From Thermoplasmata archaeon (GTDB lineage Archaea; Thermoplasmatota; Thermoplasmata; Lutacidiplasmatales; UBA184): a stretch of DNA of 64,000 nucleotides. The stretch lies in the NCBI GenBank assembly GCA_049285595.1, contig JBAQAF010000015.1, forward strand, positions 30,733-94,732, read 5' to 3'. The notes beneath the pieces are model-generated. The model did no database searches and had not been told where the DNA came from. It was given only the letters and a program-made list of their open reading frames with translations. Both the position numbers and the translations under genes were made by a program. Below, piece by piece: positions 57,226 to 64,000 of this stretch (positions are counted from its first letter, which is position 1; the number at the start of each line of letters is the position of its first letter).

Positions 57226-57687
57226 CTATCCGGAGTCGGCGGAGGGCGTCTTCGCCATCTCGGCCCGGGTCGGCCGGCGACCGATCGTGATCCAGAGAGA
57301 GTCGGGGTCCCGAACACTCGCCATCCATCCCTCGGTGGTCGCCGGCGCGAGATCGGTCGGCCGCGCTCCGGCGCGCAGCAGGCGACGATAGACCCGCTCA
57401 AGCTTCGCCGGGGACGCCGACCCGATCGTGAAATCGAGGTGGTCGAGCCCGTCCCCGGCCGAGTACCGCTTCCCAAAGCGAGAGTTCGGCGGATACCAGT
57501 TCAGTTCGATCTGTCGGTGGGAGGCCGGATCCTCGAGCTGAACCCACAGACCGCCTCCCCACGATCGGGTGTCGCCCCGCGCCGTGACCCGAAGGCCGAG
57601 GGCCCGGGTGTAGAACGCGAGCGATCGGCGCAGATTGGTCACTCTCAGTCCGGCCTGCTCCAACCTCAATCCCCGTTCGCGGACCAT
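57226..57687 (-). CDS. VOC/glyoxalase-family protein
   Basis: LRVTNLRRSLAFYTRALGL ... HLDFTI ... VRDPDSLWITI. Confidence 0.6.
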   Translation of the reverse strand: MVRERGLRLEQAGLRVTNLRRSLAFYTRALGLRVTARGDTRSWGGGLWVQLEDPASHRQIELNWYPPNSRFGKRYSAGDGLDHLDFTIGSASPAKLERVYRRLLRAGARPTDLAPATTEGWMASVRDPDSLWITIGRRPTRAEMAKTPSADSG

Positions 57688-58306
57688 ACGCTCCCTCGCA
57701 CTCCCAAGCGGGGGAGACTATTCGGATATCGCACGGTCCAAGAATGCGGAGGTCCTTGCCAAATCCAGCGGACCCGGTCCGTCCGGCTTGGTCCGACCGA
57801 GAGGCGGATCTCGAGATCGAGGGCCCGGGGTCGCGGCACGCTCTCACCCCCCGGAACTCGCGTAGGGGCCCATCAAGATCCGCACGATCCGCCAGGTCGT
57901 CTAGGCGCGCGCCTCCCCGAACGCCGTCCACGACGCGCCGTCACCGTGGGTTCACGGGGGCGCCCGCCCGCCTCGCGGCCGAGTCGGTGGGAAGTTCATG
58001 GCGTGGCTCGGCTACATCCAAAGTACGAATCTCGAGCTTCGGCGGCCGTTCGGTCGTCCCAGCGTGACCCCCGAGCGAGAAGAGCTGGACGATCGACCAC
58101 GGCTCGAAGGTGCGCTTCCCCCTGACGCCATCGCGGGGGGCGGCACGCAGATCCGATCCATGCACTCCGGCGCGGTCGCCGCCCACGCGGGCCATTGTTC
58201 GAAGGGATGGAAGGACCATCACCCAGCGCTAGGGAAGGAGTACGTCGAGACGTCCACCGCCTGATTCGCGCGGGACGCTTATCCTCCCGCCCTCGATCCC
58301 CCCGTC

Positions 58307-59470
58307 GTGCGGGAAGCGTACTCTCGGCTGAGAACGCTCTCCTGCCGCGCCTGCTGCACGGAGGTCGATCCGTCGCGGCCGGTGGGATGCTGCCCGACGT
58401 GCGGCCACACGCTTCTTGCGGAGTACGATCTGGAGGACGTCGACGGCCCGGAGTGGCTCCGCTCACTCCGGGATCGGCCCGCGACCCTCTGGCGATATCG
58501 CGAACTACTGCCCGTCCAGAGCGCGGGTGCGGTCGTCACGCTCGGCGAGGGGTTCTCCCCCATCCTCGAACTGGGCGAGGTCCCGGAGGCGCCGGAGGTC
58601 TCGGTTCTGCTGAAGGACGACGGAGGACTTCCGACCGGCTCGTTCAAGGCGCGCGGCATGGCGGTCGCCGTCGCCCGGGCCCGGGAGTTGGGGATCCGGG
58701 AGGCGTTCGTGCCGAGCGCCGGTAACGCCGGGGTCGCCCTCGCAGCGTACGGAGCCCGTTCGAGGCTCCGTGTCCGGGTCTACCTGCCCGCCCAAACCCC
58801 CGACCCGATGAAGAGCGCGTGCCGCCGCTACGGTGCCGAGATTGTGGAGGTCGAGGGGACGATCCGGGAGGCCGGAGAGTTCGCCCGACGGGCCGAGGCC
58901 GACCGCGGTTCGTTCGACATGTCGACCCTTCGGGAGCCGTACCGTGTTGAGGGAAAGAAGACGATGGGGCTCGAGATCGTGGAGCAGCGGGTGGGGTCCG
59001 AGATGCCCGACGCGATCGTCTATCCCACGGGCGGGGGGACCGGCCTGGTCGGCATGTACAAGGCGTTCCGAGAGCTGGGTACGATCGGACTGCTCGACCG
59101 CATGCCACGGCTGATCGCGGTCCAGTCCGAGGGATGCGCCCCCGTGGTGCGAGCGCTCCGAACGGATGCTCCATGTACGACCCCGTGGGAGGCGCCGTCT
59201 ACCGTCGCGCCCGGACTTCTCGTCCCCGCCCCGTTCTCCTCCGAACGGATCCTCGAGGCGATCCGAGGCACCAAGGGGACCGGCGAGACCGTCAGCGACG
59301 ACGGGATCGAGAGGGCCGTCAGCGACCTCGGCCGGCGGCACGGGCTCTCCGTTTCACCCGAGGGAGCGGCGCCGTACGCCGCCTTGTCGGCCCTCGTTCG
59401 TTCGGGAGCGATCCGCCCCCACGAGCGCGTTCTCCTCTACAACACCGGTTCGGGATTGCCGTTCCTCTGA
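58307..59470 (+). CDS. thrC: Threonine synthase-like PLP enzyme with an N-terminal zinc ribbon
   Basis: CRACCTEVDPSRPVGCCPTCGH ribbon, WRYRELLPV, and PLP-lysine context SFKARGMAVAVARA, all in a fold-type II PLP body. Confidence 0.65.
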   Translation: MREAYSRLRTLSCRACCTEVDPSRPVGCCPTCGHTLLAEYDLEDVDGPEWLRSLRDRPATLWRYRELLPVQSAGAVVTLGEGFSPILELGEVPEAPEVSVLLKDDGGLPTGSFKARGMAVAVARARELGIREAFVPSAGNAGVALAAYGARSRLRVRVYLPAQTPDPMKSACRRYGAEIVEVEGTIREAGEFARRAEADRGSFDMSTLREPYRVEGKKTMGLEIVEQRVGSEMPDAIVYPTGGGTGLVGMYKAFRELGTIGLLDRMPRLIAVQSEGCAPVVRALRTDAPCTTPWEAPSTVAPGLLVPAPFSSERILEAIRGTKGTGETVSDDGIERAVSDLGRRHGLSVSPEGAAPYAALSALVRSGAIRPHERVLLYNTGSGLPFL

Positions 59471-59513
59471 ACTTCTGGGGGCGCCGTGGGGGCCCCGGGT
59501 CGGAAGTCCGGCT

Positions 59514-60890
59514 CTACACTCCGAGGCTGCCGGGCATCGGGCCGGCGGGTGCGCTGTCCCCTAGGGGGTCGGGGAACCCCCCGGCGGACAGATCCACCGC
59601 GTCCAGGAACTCGGTGCTCAACCGGTTCACGGCACACGGTCCGCACCACGACGCCCCGTCATGCTGGACGACGCGCCCGCGGCACGGCTCGCAGATCGGT
59701 CGGAGGCAATCCGTACACTCGTGGGCGATCGCCGAGTCGGTGACCGAGGAACGACAGGCGGCGCACGACGGAGTCGCGCGGGTGGAGCGCGGGTCCGCCT
59801 CGAGGGCGAGGGCCGCGGCTCGCACGGCGTCGAGGGTCGCCATGGCACCGACCGACGCCGAGCGACCGACGAGCCCTTCCACCTCGGAGAGGATCCAGAG
59901 ATCCAGGGCCGGGCGGTCTCCGGCCGCGAGGAGTTCGAGTTCGTTCGGCGCTTCCTCGGTGGTGGGGAGGGACCTCAGTTCGCGTTCCCGAGCCGGTACG
60001 GACGGTGCGGACCGCGAACCGGTCGTCACCGGAACGGGGTGCGTCGGGAGGCGCCACGCCCCCGAGCGGGCCGAGCGAGCGAACTCGAGGGGGATCGGGA
60101 CGATCCGCCCCTCGTGAAGGATCACCTCGGCCCCATCGAACAGGTCGGAGAGCGCCCGGCTCGCGGGGGGAGGAATGTAGACGGTCTCGGGAGCCCTGAG
60201 GAACTCCCCTACTGGCATCGTTCCGGGCTCGTACGATACGCTCGAGTACGCGCGAGCGACCCCGACGGGGAGGAACGGCGCGGGGCCCCCGCGGCCCGGA
60301 CCGACCGACCCGAGGTCGCCGGTGGGGCCGGATTCTCGGAGGAGAGCCTCCCAGTCCGGAGGAGGAGTGTATTCGGAGCACGTGGCGCAGACGAACGCGC
60401 TCTCCACCCCGGTCGACGGGGTGGACGGGGCGGACGGGTTCGGAGAGGGAGCGATCCCGGTGCGCGATCGGTCTCGAGTAACGGCGATCGTGACGGCGAA
60501 GATCGCACCGCTGGAGGCGAGGACCATCGCCAGGGGCATCCCGCCGAGCCAACCGCCGACCGCGAGCATCAAGGTCAATCCGAGGAAGACCACGGTGACG
60601 ATCCCGACCGGAACGAGGAACCGGTCGAGGTAGAACGAGGGGTCGGGTGCCGCGCCCGCGGCGTCTTCCAATGCGATCGGCGTAGGATGGGCCGTCAGGT
60701 CGATCGACCCGATGTTGGCCGGGAGGAGTGCTATCAACCTACTGTTCCAGCGGACGACCCGAACGGCCCCCCGGGGCCAAGGTCCGGGTTCGGGATGCCC
60801 GGGGAAACGGTCAGTGGGGCGCAGGCCCTGTGAGACTCGCGTCGATCTCGGCGATCGACCGACGACCCGAGAGCGCCATCGAGACCGCAA
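59514..60890 (-). CDS. Hypothetical membrane protein with a C-terminal Cys-rich (B-box-like) zinc-finger region
   Basis: Central TM helices, CATCSEY..., and ...CAACRSS ... HECTDCLRPICEPCRGRVVQHDGASWCGPCAVN. The N-terminal extent is uncertain, and it overlaps the next gene. Confidence 0.3.
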   Translation of the reverse strand: MRSRWRSRVVGRSPRSTRVSQGLRPTDRFPGHPEPGPWPRGAVRVVRWNSRLIALLPANIGSIDLTAHPTPIALEDAAGAAPDPSFYLDRFLVPVGIVTVVFLGLTLMLAVGGWLGGMPLAMVLASSGAIFAVTIAVTRDRSRTGIAPSPNPSAPSTPSTGVESAFVCATCSEYTPPPDWEALLRESGPTGDLGSVGPGRGGPAPFLPVGVARAYSSVSYEPGTMPVGEFLRAPETVYIPPPASRALSDLFDGAEVILHEGRIVPIPLEFARSARSGAWRLPTHPVPVTTGSRSAPSVPARERELRSLPTTEEAPNELELLAAGDRPALDLWILSEVEGLVGRSASVGAMATLDAVRAAALALEADPRSTRATPSCAACRSSVTDSAIAHECTDCLRPICEPCRGRVVQHDGASWCGPCAVNRLSTEFLDAVDLSAGGFPDPLGDSAPAGPMPGSLGV

Positions 60891-61902
60891 TCTCGAGCTT
60901 AATCAGCGACAGGTAGCGCCGAACGGCCTTCTCTCCACCGGCCGAGAGCGCCCATAGGATCGGCCGGCCGACGCCGACGGCCCGGGCTCCCCGCGAGAGC
61001 GCCACGAGGACGTCCGTGCCGCGTCGGACGCCGCCGTCCATGTACACCTCGATCTTCGAACCGACCGCCGCGGCCACCTCGGGGAGTGCATCGAGGGTCG
61101 CGGGGGCTCCGTCGAGCTGTCGGCCCCCGTGATTCGATACCACGATCCCTCGAGCCCCATGGGCCAGGCACTGTCGTGCGTCTTCGGCGGTGAGCACCCC
61201 TTTGACCACGATCGGCAGTCGGGTCGTCTCGCGCAGCCGGTCGAACCACTCCCACGTCGCGCTCGCGTCCGGGCGGAGGCGGTAGACCCCGGCTTCCGGG
61301 GAAGGGGCCCTCGGAGGGGGGAGGATCCCCGGCCCATTGCCGATCGGAACGGACGCGTCGATGGCGAACCCGCCTCGGGCCTGCCGGTCCCGCACCCCGA
61401 GCACCGGAGTGTCGACGGTCAGCACGACGGCGGAGTATCCGGCCCGATCGGCTCGTTCGAGGAGCCGCCGCTCGACCACAGCATCGGGCTGATGGTACAG
61501 CTGGAACCACCGGCCCCCGGCTCCCGAGGCGGTCGCGATCGATTCGAGCGAGTGGGAAGAAAGGGTACTGTAGACGGAAAGGAGCCCTTCGGCCGCTGCG
61601 GCGCGCGCGACCCCGGACTCGGCGTCCGGATGGATCTTCCCATGGTACGCTGTCGGGCAGACGAAGAGGGGGGCAGTGAACGGCTGGTCGAGCAGGTGGA
61701 CCCGAAGGTCGAGCTCGTCGACCCCCCGAAGAATTCGGGGCCGTACGATCGCCCGGGCGAACGCCTCCCGGTTCGCGCGCAATGTCCGCTCCTCCCCGGC
61801 TCCCCCCTGGACATACGCGAACAGGTCCGCCGGCAGGCGGGCCGACGCGATCTGTTCGAGCTCGTCGATCGTCCGGAACCCCGCCTCGGGCACTTCCGTC
61901 AC
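60811..61902 (-). CDS. FMN-dependent alpha-hydroxy-acid dehydrogenase/oxidase (LldD/glycolate-oxidase family)
   Basis: N-terminus ...AYVQGGAGEERTLRANREAF ... and a TIM-barrel FMN-binding C-terminus (...VSNHGGRQLDGAPAT). Confidence 0.7.
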   Translation of the reverse strand: MTEVPEAGFRTIDELEQIASARLPADLFAYVQGGAGEERTLRANREAFARAIVRPRILRGVDELDLRVHLLDQPFTAPLFVCPTAYHGKIHPDAESGVARAAAAEGLLSVYSTLSSHSLESIATASGAGGRWFQLYHQPDAVVERRLLERADRAGYSAVVLTVDTPVLGVRDRQARGGFAIDASVPIGNGPGILPPPRAPSPEAGVYRLRPDASATWEWFDRLRETTRLPIVVKGVLTAEDARQCLAHGARGIVVSNHGGRQLDGAPATLDALPEVAAAVGSKIEVYMDGGVRRGTDVLVALSRGARAVGVGRPILWALSAGGEKAVRRYLSLIKLEIAVSMALSGRRSIAEIDASLTGPAPH

Positions 61903-61930
61903 GGCGCGCTCTCCCCCGACAGGGGTCGCC

Positions 61931-62920
61931 TCATCGGCTCGCCCGGTCCAACCTTTCGAGCGCCGACGCGCTCAAGGAGATCCGGGAAGCGGTCATCAGG
62001 TCGGCGAGCTGGGCCAGGGACGTCGCGCTCGCTATAGGAGCCGTGACCGACGGCCGGCCGATCAACCAGGCCAGCGAGACGGCCGCGGGCGTCGCCGCGT
62101 TCTCCGCCGCCACGTCATCGAGCGCGGCCAGGATACGGCGGCCTCGGTCGGTAAGGCCTCTCTCCGCCCGAGCCCCCCGCGGGCTCTTTCCGAGGTCGCT
62201 CTTCGATCGATACTTCCCCGTGAGGAACCCGCTCGCCAGCGCGCTGTAGGTAATGACCCCGAGGCCCCGACTCTGGCAGAGCGTCTCCACCTCGCCCTCG
62301 AACTCCGAGCGGTCCATCAAGTTGTATCGCGGCTGGAAGGTCTGGTAGGCCGGTAGCCCCTGGGTCCGGCTCACCCCGAGCGCCTCGGCGAGCCGTGCGG
62401 CGGAGTAGTTCGAGGCCCCGATCGCCCGAACCTTGTGCGCATCGATCAGCTCCTGGTAGGTCGCCAAGGTCTCTGGGAGCGGGGTCTCGGGGTCGTCGAG
62501 GTGGGACTGGTACAGGTCGATGCAGTCGATGCCGAGTCGCTCGAGCGATCCGTCGACCGACTCGAGGATGTGCCGTCGCGACAGTCCCTTGCGTGCGGGG
62601 GTCATCTCCATCCCGACCTTGGTGGCGATGACGACGTCCTTGCGCCGTCCGCTCTGCTGGAGCCAACGACCCAAGATCGCCTCCGATTCCCCTCCCCGGT
62701 GACCGGTAACCCATCGAGAGTAGACGTCCGCGGTGTCGATCAGGTTGAACCCGGCCGAGACGAACGCGTCGAGGAGCTCGAACGAACGGCGCTCGTCGGC
62801 GGTCCATCCGAAGACGTTCCCGCCGAAGGCGAACGGGGCCACGTGGAACGGCGTCGCTCCGAGCGGACGCCGCGGGATAGCTGGCATCGCTCGGGGCGAG
62901 CCGGTGGGTCCATAATACAC
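61931..62920 (-). CDS. Aldo/keto reductase
   Basis: FAFGGNVFGW ... AGFNLIDTADVYS ... KVGM AKR motifs. Confidence 0.8.
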   Translation of the reverse strand: MYYGPTGSPRAMPAIPRRPLGATPFHVAPFAFGGNVFGWTADERRSFELLDAFVSAGFNLIDTADVYSRWVTGHRGGESEAILGRWLQQSGRRKDVVIATKVGMEMTPARKGLSRRHILESVDGSLERLGIDCIDLYQSHLDDPETPLPETLATYQELIDAHKVRAIGASNYSAARLAEALGVSRTQGLPAYQTFQPRYNLMDRSEFEGEVETLCQSRGLGVITYSALASGFLTGKYRSKSDLGKSPRGARAERGLTDRGRRILAALDDVAAENAATPAAVSLAWLIGRPSVTAPIASATSLAQLADLMTASRISLSASALERLDRASR

Positions 62921-63015
62921 CCCCTCGGGGCGGAGCCGCTGGGGGAGCTTCGGCGCAGCGGCCGGACCCGAATTTCTAAGAGGGAGCGATCCGGTGGGCC
63001 GGCCGAGAGTGGGCC

Positions 63016-63216
63016 ATGGCGCAGAAAGTGACCGAAGTCGTGGGTGTATCGAAGGAAGGGTTCGCGAAGGCCGCGGAGAACGCGGTCGCCACCGCCTCCA
63101 AGACGGTCCGGAACCTTCGCTGGTTCCGGGTCAGCGAGTTCGAGGGCCGTATCACCGACCAGCAGGTGATCGAATACCACGTCACCGTGAAGATCTACTT
63201 CGATCTTGAACCGTAG
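63016..63216 (+). CDS. Dodecin (flavin-sequestering) family protein
   Basis: 66 aa. KVTEVVGVSKEGFAKAAENAVATASKTVRNLRWFRVSEFEGRITDQQVIEYHVTVKIYFDLE matches the dodecin fold signature. Confidence 0.7.
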   Translation: MAQKVTEVVGVSKEGFAKAAENAVATASKTVRNLRWFRVSEFEGRITDQQVIEYHVTVKIYFDLEP

Positions 63217-63375
63217 GCGAACGGACCGGACGGCCCCTTTCCGAGGGAAAGAGCCGCTCGGGGCCGAACGACCCGGGCACAGCTCCGGCGGCGACCGGGC
63301 GCCGCGGGCCGGCCCCGGGGGCCCCCGTCGCGGGAAGGTGAAGCTTGATAAGGCGTGCGCACGCATACGCATTGC

Positions 63376-64000
63376 GTGGATCGACCGCACGAGCGCATTC
63401 TGGGCACCATTCTAGTCGTTGTCGGGGTCGCCATTCTCCTATTCGCCTTCTATCACGCCTACGGGCTCCTCGGCCACCTCCCCTCCACCCAGGCGGCGTC
63501 CGGCCCCGAGGCCGGGTTCGCCTACTCTGTCACCGGCTTCACGGTGACCCTCACCGACCAGACGCACGCAGGGAGCGCCCCGGTCACTTCCACGTACTGG
63601 CAGTTCTCGGACGGCAATTCGAGCGGGGTGCAGAACACGAGCCATACCTACTCGACGGCCGGCAACTACAATGTCACGTTGATCGTCGAGGACAAGAGCG
63701 GGAACGCGGCCGAGTCGTTCACCAACGTGCACGTCGGCACCGGCGCCTCCAGCAACGGCCAGGGCTCGCCGAGCCTTTCGCCCGGCGGGAGCATCGGCTC
63801 CATCCTCGGCAACACGCTCGGCGGGTCGCTCGGCGGGATCGCCTCGATCGCCGAGACGTTCATCCTGCTCACCGTGATCTGGCTCGTCGGCGGGTCGATC
63901 TTGAGGGCCGGCTGGAACCTAATCACGCCGAAGGCCGAGACGATCCAAGTCCGCGTGAAGCCGAAGTCGCTCGCGATCGAAGGTGTCGGCTACTCCGCGG
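63376..64000 (+). CDS. PKD-domain membrane/surface protein (partial; runs off the window end)
   Basis: N-terminal TM helix (ILGTILVVVGVAILLFAFYHAY), then a PKD-like segment (YWQFSDGNSSGVQNTSHTYSTAGNYNVTLIVEDKSGN). Plus-strand frame open to the window end; the listed antisense ORFs here are spurious. Confidence 0.5.
   Translation, partial: MDRPHERILGTILVVVGVAILLFAFYHAYGLLGHLPSTQAASGPEAGFAYSVTGFTVTLTDQTHAGSAPVTSTYWQFSDGNSSGVQNTSHTYSTAGNYNVTLIVEDKSGNAAESFTNVHVGTGASSNGQGSPSLSPGGSIGSILGNTLGGSLGGIASIAETFILLTVIWLVGGSILRAGWNLITPKAETIQVRVKPKSLAIEGVGYSA

Noticed and set aside
1-64000. CRISPR array, rRNA genes, transposase or integrase genes
   Set aside because: No short direct-repeat/spacer periodicity, no rRNA-like conserved stretches, and no DDE/tyrosine-recombinase-like ORFs were seen. 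The only repeats are the in-frame protein-coding repeats of the surface protein.

Overview
This 64-kb window is a gene-dense, high-GC (roughly 68-70% by eye) segment that appears to be an archaeal chromosome. The archaeal call rests on a TATA-box binding protein, an Orc1/Cdc6 replication protein, RNase P subunit Rpp21, an archaeal-type CCA-adding enzyme, an archaeal glutamyl-tRNA synthetase, a Tsr3-like protein, a RIO-type kinase, and TATA-like elements about 25-35 nt upstream of several starts. The proteins are lysine-rich rather than acidic, so this is probably not a haloarchaeon.

Two tRNAs are present: tRNA-Leu(CAA) on the minus strand and tRNA-Ala(CGC) on the plus strand. I found no rRNA, no CRISPR array, and no recognisable transposase or integrase.

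The centre of the window (22.4-29.8 kb) is a core information-processing block: TBP, a TatD-family hydrolase, thymidylate kinase, Orc1/Cdc6, lipoyl synthase, the CCA enzyme and a radical SAM enzyme.

The flanks are accessory-looking:
- an unusual density of VOC/glyoxalase-fold genes (at least seven), class I SAM methyltransferases (five), GNAT acetyltransferases, a PhzF-family isomerase, and MFS, EamA, CDF and ABC transporters;
- a bacterial-style class III adenylate cyclase fused to TolB-like and TPR regions;
- a roughly 830-aa tandem-repeat surface protein full of N-glycosylation sequons.

The most notable observations are:
- a lower-GC (about 58-62%) islet of roughly 4 kb immediately 3' of tRNA-Ala, with its own AT-rich promoter and a small wHTH gene;
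- a candidate RHH-antitoxin/RelE-ParE-like toxin pair with an upstream inverted-repeat operator;
- three conserved-domain reading frames each interrupted by a single in-frame stop (TGA once, TAG twice);
- an ABC importer with a fused double permease and no binding protein, sitting beside an NADPH-FMN reductase;
- a 41-codon small basic ORF, missed by the ORF track, that resembles ribosomal protein eS30.

Many listed ORFs are antisense, arginine/proline-rich high-GC artefacts and were ignored.
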